Shown piece after piece: positions 51,048 to 63,490 of a stretch of 64,000 nucleotides of DNA (positions are counted from its first letter, which is position 1; the number at the start of each line of letters is the position of its first letter). Source of the DNA: Vicugna vicugna (Eukaryota); the NCBI GenBank assembly GCA_013265495.1, contig MU058444.1, forward strand, positions 2,170,001-2,234,000, given 5' to 3'. A model generated the notes under the pieces. It did not search any database, was not told the DNA's origin, and saw nothing but the letters and a program-made list of their open reading frames with translations. The position numbers and the translations under genes are program-made.

Positions 51048-51140
51048 AGGGGAGGGTATAGCTCAGTGGGAGAGCGCATGCGTAGCATGCACAAGGTCCT
51101 GGGTTCAATGCCCAGTATCCCCAGTAAAGAAAAAAAAAAT
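51048..51140 (+). mobile_element. Vic-1-type SINE
   Basis: ggggagggtatagctcagtgggagagcgcatgcg...aaggtcctgggttcaatg. Confidence 0.85.
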
Positions 51141-51797
51141 CTGATCATGAATCCCATGGGCTCCTTAAACTGTATTTGAAAGCTAACTGTATATTTCCAT
51201 GATTTTTTTAAAACTCACACACAATAGTACTTGAACACTTTTACTAAGAAATTCTTTAAAACAATATATTTAGAAGTTTCTAATATAAGGCATGTAGGTT
51301 GCCAATAAATATGATTTCCCACACACCCATAATGGACATTCAATTTAAAGGTTGGCACATTCCTGGGCCAATTTTGTTTTCATGACAATGGAATCCAAAA
51401 ATGTTGGCAGGGAATGAATAAAGTGCATTGTAAGGAAGTAATTAAAATACAACATATTCTTGCCCATGTTATGTTTGTAGATATTTTGACATTTATTTCA
51501 GTTATTGATTCTCCCTCACAAATGCATCTCAACACCAAGCATAAATATTAAGCAATGGCACTGCAGAAATGTGCTGTATTTCCTCTACAGCATATGATAC
51601 ACCTCTTGTAGGAAAATCCCAAAGCAAGGTAGAGTTTTTCCTACTTCCACTGATGAAATGTATCTCTCTTTTAATTTAAAATAAACTAGGTAACTAAAAG
51701 GGTTGTTCAAAGTGGATATTTTACATGAATGCATCATAAGTGAAAAGATTAACATTAAGCTAGAGTTGTCTGATGTAAATTGAACCTATAAATTTGG

Positions 51798-52380
51798 AAA
51801 GATACATGCACCCCAGTGTTCACAGCAGCACTGTATACAACAGCCAAGACGTGGAAACAGCCTAAATGTCCATCGGCAGAGGACTGGATAAAGAAGCTGT
51901 GGTATATTTATACAATGGAATACTACTCAGCCATAAAATAATAAAATAATGCCATTTGCAGCAACATGAATGGACCTATAGGCTATCATACTAAGTGAAG
52001 TAAGTCAGAAAGAGAAACGAAAAAAACCCACATGATATCACTTATATGTGGAATCTAAAAAAATGACACGTGAACTTATTGATAAAATAGAAACAGAGTC
52101 ACAGAGAAAACAAACTTGTGGTTACCAAAGGGGAAGGAGGGTAGGGATAAACTAGGAGTTAGAGATTAGTAGATACTAACTACTATGTATAAAACAGATA
52201 AACAACAAGGTCCTACTGTAGAGCACAGGAAATTATATTCAGTATCTTATAATAACCTATAATGGAAAAGAATATGAAGAATTAAACACATATATAACTG
52301 AATCACTATGCTGTGTGCCTGAAACTAACACAACCTTGTAAATCAACTATACTTCAACAAAACAACTAAATAAAAAAAGA
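51798..52380 (+). mobile_element. L1 3' portion
   Basis: aaagatacatgcaccccagtgttcacagcagcac...aaatcaactatacttcaa; A-rich tail. Confidence 0.88.
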
Positions 52381-53802
52381 CCTATGATTTAAAAGTTCCT
52401 CAGAACATGTCACTCCATAGCAACTATTCCAGTGAAGTGACAAGACTCAGAGAAAGCACCAATAAAAGAGAGACTTGTCTGTACAGCTGTCCTTTCAAGA
52501 TGACGAGGTGACTGAGCTGACCTGTCCGGTAAATGTAAATAACTACTTCACAGCTAAGAACACACAGCCTCAAAAGTGCCGCATCACTTAAGGGCACAAA
52601 TGAACCGCTTGTCATCCGTAACTCAGATGGCTGATGTCCTGAACATGCGTGAGCACATCTGACCGCCCCTTATGGTGGGACCACCGCATCCTGTGGATTT
52701 TCGTCTTGCAGTTGGCTCTTCTCCTTTGACGACTATGTAAGTTTCAAAAGCTAAAGCTCTGATCTGTTCTTAGAAACAATGATCAGCACACGTATGTAAA
52801 CTAAAAAAAAATGTGCAGTACATTGTACATATGTATTTACATGTAATATAATGTGTATGTGCAACTGTAATAACTCTGTCTAATAAAACTGGGGGGGGAA
52901 ATGAATGAAGTGAGACTATCACTTTGAAGAAAACAACTGAAAAAAAAAAAACCCTATCACTTGACCAAATTTGCGCATCTTTAAACTCAGGCTTAGACTC
53001 CACAGTTGTTACCAGTTTTCTACCCTTTGTGATTAGTGAGGGTGGTGTAGCTTTAACATACACGTGGACCCTTGCAGATGAAAGAACAGTTAAAATTCTG
53101 CGTGAAATTGACCTTGTAACCCTGTCAACCACCTCAGTTAAACAAAACTCTTAAATACTTACTAGGAATGTGATATACAACATGACTGATACAATTAACA
53201 CTGCTACGTGTTATAGGAAACTATAAGTTTCCTATAGGAAACTCATTAAGAGAGTAAATCCTAAGATCCGATCATCAGAAAATTGTTTTCTTTTTATTTA
53301 GTATCTCTACGAGATGACGGATGTCCACTAAACCTACTGTGGTCATCATTTCCTGACGTGTGGGAGTCAGATCAATCTGCTGTACACACCACACTTGTAC
53401 AGGGCTGTACGCCAGTTACACCTCAGCAAAGCTGGAAGAGGAAAAAAATGGAAATTCTTTCAGCCAATGTCAGCGTCAGAACATGTCAGCTCTGTGAGTC
53501 AACGGCCCAGGCCGTCAGGCACTCAGTTCAGCATCTTTAGAAGTCAAGTCTTGCCTTTTTTCACAGCACAGACATTTCTTCTCCCTTCCATTAAGAATCA
53601 AATGACTCTATTATGTAGGCAACAGTTTCCAAACTCCTAGGCAAGTCCAATGTGACCCATCACGGCCTCTGACACCCCGACCACCTTCAGTGTCAAATTC
53701 TGCCCCCGCAGGGCACGGCCCCCTCACCCCTCTCTCATTACTGGCTTTTGCCTCCTTTGCTCCTTGGCTCCCTCTAACAGCCCCTTTTAAAGCCAGTTTC
53801 TG

Positions 53803-53948
53803 GGGGCAGGGGGCAGCTCAGTGGTAGAGTGTGTACTTAGCATGCACAAGGTCCTGGGTTCAATCCCCAGTACCTCCATTAAAATGGAAATAAACAAACA
53901 AATAAACCTAATAACCTCTCCACCAAAACCAAAATAAAAAGAAAAAGA
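53803..53948 (+). mobile_element. Vic-1-type SINE
   Basis: gctcagtggtagagtgtgtacttagcatgcacaaggtcctgggttcaatccccagtacctcc. Confidence 0.88.
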
Positions 53949-54091
53949 AGTCTCCAGATTTTTCCTCAGGTTTGCAGCACAGCCAACCCTGACCAGGGCC
54001 TGGAAACAGGTTTTTCTGTTAGATTCTCTGAAAAGAAATTTCTTAGATAACCTTCAAAGAAACCTAACTCCCCCTACAAGACAGGGCCCGG

Positions 54092-54275
54092 GGAGGGGAG
54101 GGTACAGCTCAAGTGGTAGAGCGCATGCTTAGCAAGCATGAGGTCCTGGGTTCAATCCCCAGCGCCTCCTCTAAAAATAAACAAATAAACCTAATTACCT
54201 CCCTCCGTCAAAAACATAAATACAAATAAATTTTTTAAAAAGTAACTTTACCAGAAATAAAAGAACTTTTTTAAA
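54092..54275 (+). mobile_element. Vic-1-type SINE with TSD
   Basis: TSD aagacagggc(c/t)cgggg; canonical head. Confidence 0.88.
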
Positions 54276-54287
54276 AAGACAGGGCTC

Positions 54288-54757
54288 GGGGGACACCACC
54301 CCAAACTCAGCGCCTTGGCACACTGGATGTTTTCAGCCCAAGGAGCAGGGAACCAGCTTGTGCTGGACATCCAGCCGCCTCCCCCTCCCCTGGAGCAGGT
54401 CATGAGACCTTCATGGGACAGATGCCCTCGCTGGACCCGGAGGAAGCAAGCATCGTTATCTCAGAAGGCAGAGGGACAGTGAGAGGAGTCTGAACACACA
54501 GGCCTGCCTAAGCTCCCCATTGATTACCCTTGGCTTTTGTCCGGTCACATTTCCCCATGACTCTCCACTCTTCAGCAAATCTAGTACCAAAAACACTTAG
54601 ACGCAACCATCTCTTCTGGTCCTCACCTCTTCCTGGATCACATAAAACTTCAATGAAATACGTTTGTAGGCTTTTCTCTCGTTCATCTGTCTTCCGTGAT
54701 AGAGCCCCGCCAAGAACCCGGACGAATAGCAGGGAAAGGCCTCCTTCCTTCCCTACA
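54288..54757 (+). mobile_element. MER34/MER39-like ERV1 solo LTR
   Basis: caccaccccaaa...ttggca...ttttcagcccaagg near the start and tttgtaggcttttctctcgttcatctgtc...ttccctaca at the end resemble the recalled MER34 consensus. Confidence 0.6.
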
Positions 54758-55199
54758 TGCAGTAAGGCTGCAGAGAACCCCCTTAATGTTGTCCACCTGT
54801 TACGAAAGAATTTCCAAGCGAGAAAAATCTAGCTTGAGCCAACACCCTTCTAAATTCTGAACAGATGAAAGGAACAGTAAATAAGCGTGCAGAGCTAATT
54901 AGCAACCGTAGACACAGAAATGAATCTCTTTTATTAATTAGTATGAGCGAACTTCATACGACCTACAAGAACTGGGAAAACATGAGAGGGACCGGAAGGA
55001 TGATGGGAACGTGGTCCTTGCTGAGCCCCCTGTCGACTTGGGGCCTCGGCTTCTATACCTAGAGTGAAACAGGGCTCCTCGGCTTTAAGAGAAGGATGTC
55101 ATCACAAAGTTCTCTCTCTTCCAGACTGACTTTTAGCTCGCTCCTCACAAAGCAACACTTCCACTTCCCTATCTAGGGTAGTCAGGAGGTCTATGTGAC

Positions 55200-55405
55200 A
55201 CCAAAAATGAAACAAAACAAAACAAGCAAACAAAAAATCTGCCCCCCACCACACACACAAAACCCAGAGAAAAATCCTCACCAAAAAAACAAAAACAAAA
55301 AAAACCTAAAAAAAAAACCCCACCAAAAAAAAACAATGAAAACAAAAACAAAACGAAACCAAACAACAAAAAAAATCCCCCCCCCAAAAAACCTAAAAAA
55401 AAATA
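55200..55405. repeat. Degenerate A/C-rich low-complexity tract (CAAAA-like)
   Basis: Directly visible; no consistent unit. Confidence 0.8.
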
Positions 55406-56211
55406 AGAGTTCTATATTATAACCTAGGAAGAAAAGTTGCATTTGCTTTCAGAATCACTCATCCAGCACCAAATCCCTCAGTGGTCTGAGGGGAACAGTG
55501 TATCAGACACTGACATGCACTGTTGAGTGAAACAGACACAGCCCTGTCCTCACGCACGGCGGGACGCGGACACATTTTCTGATGTGAAGCCCTATGTATC
55601 ATGATTTAGGCTATGTTTACACCACTGATCAAAGTGTTTGGTTTTTCTTCTTTGAAAATGCCTTAGTCAGTGCCCTTCTCCGGCTAAAACGGCGACCTTC
55701 AGGAACGCTGCTAGGCTTTTTCACATATACTTTTATCTATATCTCTAAATTCCTACAAAGTCTATTGATTAGAGAAGAATGCAAATAAAAATTTATGGCC
55801 ATTTAAAGAGGCCAAACCGTAACGGCAAAGACTTGAAGTAATGCTGGGGGAAATTAGAGCTGGGGAAGCAGCAATGTACCTGTCTTCCCCTGACTTCTCT
55901 GTCTTCAACTTCTTGATCTTTCTTTAACCATTTGACTGTCTAGGGTGGCAAGCTGTGCAGTATGATGTAGTTTTCCTGCGGACCCAGAAGGACCGAGGAC
56001 TGACTCAGCTCTGCCACATCCTCGCCCCTTCAGGCTGGGCAGGTACCCGTCTTCCCTGAGCCTCCTGAACATCACTGGTTATGCAAGGATTCAACCAGAC
56101 GACCTGCATACTGCATCCACCCAGGATCCGGCCCAGAGCAGGCACTCAAAAAATGGTAGTGATGGTAGCAGAAGGAATGACGAGAATAAGGAAATCAAGA
56201 GGAAGAAGAAA

Positions 56212-56293
56212 GTGTTAATGGAGGTGCTGGGGATTGAACCCAGGACCTCATGCATGCTAAGCACACACTCTACCACTGACCTATACCCACTCC
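56212..56293 (-). mobile_element. Vic-1-type SINE with TSD
   Basis: TSD tcaagaggaagaa on both sides. Confidence 0.88.
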
Positions 56294-56524
56294 TCAAGAG
56301 GAAGAAAAAGTATATTTGACCACAAGAAGGAACTAAAGTTATCTGATGGAATCACTGAGTAAAATTTGGGTGTCCTTAATTCGAAAAGGCGGTTCACCAT
56401 TTTTATCAATAAACACTAAAATCACTTGTAATTGCTCCAACGACTCTCACAAGGAGAAAGGAAATGGTTTGTCTTCTTGCCATAAATTAACTTGAAGTTC
56501 AAAATATAGTTTACTATTTTAAAC

Positions 56525-56795
56525 AATATTTTTAAATTGAAGTATAGTCAGTTTACAATGTTGTATCAATTTCCGGTGCACAGCATCATGTCCCAGTCAT
56601 GCATGTACATACAGATTCCTTTTCATGTTCTTTTCATCATAGGTCACTACAAGATATTGAATATAGCTCCCTGTGCGGTACAGTAGAAACTTGTTTATCT
56701 ATTTATATATAGTAGTTAGTATCTGCAAATCCCAAACCCTAATTTATCTCTTCCTACCCCATTCTCCCCCTGGTAACCATAAGTTTGTTTTCTAT
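56525..56795 (-). mobile_element. L1 3' end fragment
   Basis: ttgaagtatagtcagtttacaatg...ggtaaccataagtttgttttcta. Confidence 0.85.
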
Positions 56796-57287
56796 TGGAC
56801 TTTTTTTTTAATTGATTAGGAATTTATCACAAAGAAATCATTAATTTTCACAATGAGAAGATACTCAGAATTTCTCAGTCCCAAGCTACCGTTCATCTAC
56901 CTGGAACCACTTCAGACTCTTCTACGTTCTCTCTTACTGTCTTGAAATTGTCAAAATTACCAAATCAACTATTCTTCACATTTAGAAAAACCTGATTTGC
57001 TTCTAAGTCCTACACTTTGGGCCTTTACCCGGACATTCCCCCAAACAGCTTTCAACCTTTCCCACACTGGATACACTACCTCTTATACCACAACAGAAAT
57101 AACTCACACGTCACGTCGTATTTGTAAAGATATTAGACCAAAGTCCAAAGCCAAGCTCAGCCTCCCCCTCTAGCTTTAATCGTTCAATTCCAAATTCACC
57201 CTTACGGCTTTAATGCAAGATCTGGAGTCGGGCAGACGGGGTGTAATCCTCACTTCCTCCTCAGACAGTTGTCCAACCTACATAATC

Positions 57288-57663
57288 TCTCTTAGCCTTA
57301 TCTTCCACACGCATCCTGGGAATTATTACCCACATGACCTGGGGAAATTATAGACCCTCTCTGGGCGTCAGTTTTATCATCTGTAATGCAGGGAATTAAG
57401 AATAGTCGGGGGGTAGAGGGTGGGAAGGGATAGAATGGGATTTCAAAATTGTAGAATAGATAAACAAGATTACACTGTATAGCACAGGGAAATATACACA
57501 AAATGTTATGATAAATCACAGAGAAAAAAATGTGACAATGAGATCTCTTAGCCTTATCTTCCACACGCATCCTGGGAATTATTACCCACATGACCTGGGG
57601 AAATTATAGACCCTCTCTGGGTGTCAGTTTTATCATCTGTAATGCAGGGAATTAAGAATAGTC
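57288..57663. repeat. 120-bp direct repeat (57288-57407, 57544-57663) enclosing a 136-bp L1 3' UTR fragment
   Basis: The copies differ by one C/T; the insert matches the L1 3' UTR type seen at about 40780-40910. Confidence 0.92.
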
Positions 57664-57934
57664 AGGACCTGCCTATAAGAACTGTTGTGAGAGTTAAATA
57701 CGTTAAGACATGAAAGTGACAGGTCCTGACATGTGGTTTGCGCTCATATAGTGTCAGCGATTAACGTCATGATCACGATCAGTGTCAGTACTAACACTGT
57801 GAAGTGCCTACCATGCAGCAGAGGGGCAACAGCTACTGCTGTTTTCTAAACCTTATCAGCACATTTGTTGGTTAGATCAAATGAGACTGATGGTTCATTA
57901 CAGTATTTATCACTTCATCTACACCTGGTGCTCT

Positions 57935-58122
57935 CCTAGTCTGGCCCCAGCTCGGCAGTATCAGCATTTTGGGAGAAACCCAATTTCTGGGAAGTTATTA
58001 GAAACGAAACTTTTCAGGCCTGCCCCCAGATCCAGTGAACCAGAAGCCCTTGGGAGGGGCCGGATAATCTGTTTTAACCAGCCCTCCATGTGAATCTGAT
58101 GCAGCTGAAGTTTAAGAACTAC
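57935..58122 (+). mobile_element. MER5A-like hAT DNA transposon remnant
   Basis: ttagaaacgaaacttttcaggcctgcccccaga...aatctgttttaaccagccctccatgtgaatctgatgcagctgaagtttaagaactact. Confidence 0.7.
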
Positions 58123-59039
58123 TTGTGTAAGTCGAAGGTCTTGAAAAACTATCTGATTTGCAGAACTTCAGAACCAAAACCTGCATTATCCTTGCAGGAA
58201 AGGTATCTCTCGTTGGCCCTTTGCAAAGTCAATGCTTCAAAAATTCTATCTCACCTGTGCCCAGAGCTGATAAAGGGACTCAAAAAACATGCGATGGGCA
58301 AGAGCACAGAGCAAACAGCTTTTTTTCTGGTCCCTAAAAGTCATCACATTGTGTTCTCAGCTTGGGAACTTACATTTCTTTCCAGCCACCAAATCACAAA
58401 ACAAAGAATAGTGTGAAGGATTCAATGCAGCCAGGAAGTTGCTGGCTTCACAATGTGCATAGGCTATCTATTCCATGAGTAAGTCAAGCCTTCCAAAGAC
58501 CAGATGGGACAGAGATTAAAATGTAATAGTCAGTTAGGTGTCTCCCGCACAGTAACCAAGCAGGTTAGTAACAGGGTATGGTTCAACACTGGAATCCAGG
58601 CCTCTTGGTCTCCAAATGCATTTGCATATCAATAAAATGAAATTTAGACAACATCCTATTACACAGCATGAAGGAATAAATTGACAGTACAGATAACCAG
58701 TGCTGAAGAACATATTTCCACTATAAATGGCAGTTACATGGATCCAATGCAAGGAAGACACACTATATGAACTTCTCCAGACTCCAACCTGGTAAAAATT
58801 GTTTCTCCCCTTAAATGATTTCTCCTGAATGTGGCTTCTCAGTCATGGCTCAAGTTCTAACTCTGGGTCCATGCAAACAATGAATTAAAAAGAATCTTCT
58901 AATCTGTAAAGGGTTCAGGAGAACACTGAGAAGGTACTTAGACCTTGGGCACCATCGGTTACATGATCACCTTACAAAGTTCTAGACAGCAAGACAGAAC
59001 TGCGCGTGATCAGTCATAACAAAACTAAATAAAAGTAAA

Positions 59040-59235
59040 ACACAAGTTTATACTGTATAGCACAGGGAACTGTATTGTATTATAATATCTTGCAGTAACT
59101 TACAATTAAAAAGACCATGAAAACAAATATATGTATGCTCCTATATGACTGAAGTATTCTGCTGTACACCAGAAATTGACACATTGAAACCTGACTATAC
59201 TTCAATAAAAATATATTTAAAAAAATTTTTTTAAA
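59040..59235 (+). mobile_element. L1 3' end fragment
   Basis: actgtatagcacagggaact...ctgtacaccagaaattgacac...gactatacttcaataaa. Confidence 0.85.
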
Positions 59236-59297
59236 TAGACCATGCTAAGAATTTGTAATTTAATCTTAAGACCAGTAGACAACCATTAAAGGGTTTT

Positions 59298-59728
59298 TTT
59301 TTAAATAACATTTTTCATTGATTTATAATCATTTTACAATGTTGTGTCAAATTCCAGTGTTCAGCACAATTTTTCAGTCATACATGGACATATACACACT
59401 CAGAGAGCCCAGAAATGAACCCACAAACTTTTGGTCAATTCATATTCGACAAAGGAGGCAAGAATATACAATGGAATAAAGAGTCTCTTCAGCAAATGGT
59501 GTTGGGAAAACTGAACAGCAGCATGTAAAACAATGAAGCTAGAACACTCCCTTACACCTTATACAAAAATCAACTCAAAGTGGATCAAAGACTTAAACAT
59601 AAGACAAGATACAATAAACCTCCTAGAGGAAAACATAGAAAACATTACCTACATTTCAAAAATTTTCTCCTAGAAGAAATAAAAGCAAGAATAAACAAAT
59701 GGGACCTAATGAAACTTACAAGCTTCTG
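59298..59728 (-). mobile_element. 5'-inverted L1 insertion with 14-bp TSD
   Basis: 3' end on minus (59298-59400) joined to an ORF2 fragment on plus (59401-59728); TSD cattaaagggtttt at 59284-59297 and 59729-59742. Confidence 0.9.
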
Positions 59729-60519
59729 CATTAAAGGGTTTTAAGTAAAGGAAAATAAAATAAATAAAATAAAAACAAAAATTCAAAATCAAAATAAATA
59801 AAACTAAAGAGTGACATAAGATCTTCTAGTCTATAAAGTACCACAGGTAGTACGGACATAAATAAATACTGTAAAATATGGAAGAAGGCCGTAAACTATA
59901 TTTTAGAACGATTCTCGGGGTAAGGTTTAGCTAACTGAAGTCTGTCACGGGTATTTCCAATAACAACCAGCTCACATTTTAGTACTATTATTTAAATTAC
60001 GCTAAAGACTAATCCGTAAGTGTTGCTGACAATAACAGTTCACCTTGAGAACATGACATTCAAGGTAAATAATCCAGTGTATTCAGTGTGTGAGGAGACT
60101 TGTCGAGGCAGCAGATGTGGGTGTGTTAACTAGACTTTATTCTTAAATCTATTCCGAAGAGTGATGAATCAAAAGGGAAACGTTCTCTGCCAGAACAATC
60201 AGTTTAAGGACAGGCTGAGTCACACAACTGAATAAGCAGACCGCTAAAATTCAAATACGTTTGGAAAAAAGCCACAGATGTCTCCTCACTACCAAAATAT
60301 ACATTTTAATTAAGTAATCTGTTTACTTTCAACTAATGTAATTTTAGCTGATAAATAAAATAAGGCTATATTAATTTTCTTCTGGAGAAAAAGCTCTATT
60401 AAAAAATCCAAACCAAGTATTTTAAGGAACAACGTTTACACATATGGGCGTAAGAGTAACTTAAGCAATTATCTAAAAGCGCCACAATGTTTCCTTTTCT
60501 CAGTCACACAAACTTTTAA

Positions 60520-61130
60520 AAATCAACCACACCATATGGAATGGCAGAAAATATTTGCAAACGATGCCAATGACAAGGGCTTAATTTCCAGAATATACAA
60601 ACAGCTCATACAAGTCAAAGACAAGAAAACAAACAACCCAATCCAAAAATGGGCAGAAGATCTAAGCAAGCAATTCTCCAATGAAGACTTGTAATGGCCA
60701 ATAGGCATGTGAAAAAAAATGCTCAGTATCATTAGTTATTAGAGAAATGCAAATCAAAACTACAATGAGGTATCACCTCACACCAGTCAGAATAGCCATC
60801 ATTCAAAAGTCCACAAATGATAAATGCTGGAGAGGGTGTGTAGCAAAGGGAACCCTCCTACACTGCTGCTGGGAATGCAGTTTGCTGCAGCCACTATGGA
60901 AAACAGTACGGAGATTCCTCAAAAAACTAAAAATAGACTTACCATATGATCCAGAAATCCTACTCCTGGACATATATCCACAGTGAACTCTAATTCAAAA
61001 AGATACATGCACCCCAATGTTCAGAGCAGCACTATTTACAACAGCCAAGACATGGAAGCAACCTAAATGTTCCCTGACAGATGACTGGATAAAGAAGTTG
61101 TGGTATATTTATACAAGGGAATACTACTCA
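60520..61130 (+). mobile_element. L1 ORF2 C-terminal fragment (includes [22 protein letters not shown]...KCWRGC), 3' truncated
   Basis: ORF track 60747-60986 matches the L1 ORF2p C-terminal cysteine-rich region; frame broken upstream and downstream. Confidence 0.9.
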
Positions 61131-63374
61131 GCTGGACAGGGGGAGCTGCGGCAAGTTTCTCCTTCCGTGAAGTGAAGGAAGCACACCCTCACCGAGTCAG
61201 CCCTCCCAGGGAGCTAAGCCAAGGGCAGAGTCTCCAGAATTTGGTCCCAACACACAGAACTCCAGGGCTGTGGGGGGTGGCCCAGGACACGGGGCAGACA
61301 TCCCTCGCCCTTTCCTGCTTTGAGCTCCCCCTTTCTTCTCTCTTTCCTCCTCCAGCCCCTCTTCCCTATGGTTTAAGGGGAAGGACTACAGTTAAACTGA
61401 CAAAACAGACCAAATATGCACAGAATGACCCAAATGTTATCTCAGTGATTTGAGTCCCACTTTTTTCCTCTCCTTCCACAGCCATCACGCTTTCATTCTG
61501 TTGACTCACTTCTCACGGTCACCCTTTCCCTGAACATTCATACAACACGATCTCATTTTATTAAAGGCTCTTCAAATAACAGACTTTTCATTCACGGAAA
61601 AGGGACACGGTCAGGCAAGAAAGATATGGGACCTGCTTCCTTCCTGTCCCTGTTTATCCCTGAATATGTTCCCTATTTCAGGTGAAAGATGAGAAAATCA
61701 ATACAGAGTATCTCTTTCTAATATGAAGATTTTAATCTAAAACGCATATACTTATTTTATAGTTCCTACTGATCGGATGATGACCAAATGGCCACCTACA
61801 GCGAAAGTGTCCAGAATTTCTCTTATCATCACTTGGGTGGAACGCAGAGAGGCTCACACGAAGGCCGAACTGCCTCTGATTAATTCACAACACGAGTCTA
61901 AACAGCCTGGTGTCCCAGAACGCTTTGGGATGTGTAATTATTTTTCTTCACTTGAGGTTAACGCGGTAACTTCTAGCCATAAAAGTATAGAAGATTTAAA
62001 AACCATGTTCTCCCATGTTTGAGTTTTGTGTCAGAAATTTGAGAGCACAGCTCTAAGGATTACAAGGCAAGGCTGCTTTGAGCTGATTCCACAGCAAAAC
62101 GGAACAAGAGGTTCCGGAGCGACAGTGAGGCAGCCAAGATGGTCCGTCCGGCTGTCCCCCTCTCTAAAGCAGCTCCTCGTTTAGTGGGAGTAAATTTTAA
62201 CTTCTGACCTACTTCAAGAAACAAGTTAATTTGATTAAAACCCTAACCAAGTAGACTGGCATCTAACTAATGACCTGTGCATAACGTACTTACTTTCCTA
62301 ATTCATACTATGTTGCAGCGAAAGGAAGCCTTAAATCTTTGAGATTTGTCTTCTGATCAAAGAAAGAGGTCACATATTCCAGGTAAATCGAGATTTGAAG
62401 CCTTGCCGTCTGACTCTGTGGGCTGTGTGTGTGTAACCACTGAGCTCTACCACCTCGGAGGGCTGTCGGAAGTGAGTTCACGTGCGTAATGCCGGTTACA
62501 CACGGTGAGAACACCCCTGCCAGGCACCAGGATGCACCCTAGGGGTGAACAAGGCAGCCTCTGTCCTCAAACAGCTCAACCAGTGTTTTGAATTTTTAGC
62601 TAAAGGCAGCCTCCTAATGCTCATTCACCCCAATGACAGGCCACTCCTAGGACGAGCGGTCCAGCCCAGCACGCCTGGGTCACAGCAGGTCCTCAGGAAA
62701 CACCTGTCTTGTGCCAGCTCCCAGGGGAGTCAGCGCCAGCACCCCGCACCCCCACCCTCACATCAGCGCGTCTCTGCTCCAGCCCGTGGAAGAGTCCCTC
62801 TCCCATGATATACGTGGAACACGCAGAGTAAGACCAAAGCCTAGGGGAGAGGGGGACACTGCTGGTCTTCTGCCTTCATTAGAATTCACCATATGCTTCC
62901 TCCTAAGAGCATCGTAAGGCAGACGGTCTCCATCTTTCATCTCCTGCCAACACCCCAGGAGATTCAACCCCCAGAAGTAACAGAAGCTCCTTATGGAAGT
63001 GAGTCTCAGATGGCGTGGGGATGGCATGACCTCCCTGAAGGACATATTAGAATCTGGGAAAAGGATTTTGTCAGACAGTGACAAGAGAGAGGACTAAAAC
63101 TTCTCTCAGGCAATTCTGATATGCCTTCTGAAAGAAGCATCACTTTTAGAGAAGGTCGTTAGGTGCTATTACATTATTAGCACCATCCCTCTATGCTCCA
63201 TGCTGGTTTAAAGATGATCTGGAGGACCGCTTAAGAATATAACATTAAAATAATGTTTCTGCGGGAGAAAATGCTTTCCAAGTCCCAAACAACAGACTTA
63301 ACACAGCACCTTCTCTCCAACTTTAGGACTGTCCACAAAAGGGGGAAAAAAGTGACTAAGAGTTCATTGTAATA

Positions 63375-63490
63375 CACAAAAATAGATTTTTTTTAAAAGT
63401 TTCTGCTGTATAGCATAGAGAACTATGCTCAATATCTTGTAATAACCTTTGATGAAAAAAAAAGAAAATGAATATATGGAAAAAAAGCTA
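63375..63490 (+). mobile_element. L1 3' UTR fragment
   Basis: aaaatagatt...ctgtatagcatagagaactatgctcaatatcttgtaataacc. Confidence 0.75.

Noticed and set aside
55200..55405. K/N/Q-rich ORFs and an odd A/C tract
   Set aside because: Degenerate low-complexity sequence, possibly poor consensus quality over a CAAAA repeat.
60747..60986. L1 ORF2p-like 79-aa ORF as an active element
   Set aside because: A short broken fragment, truncated on both sides.
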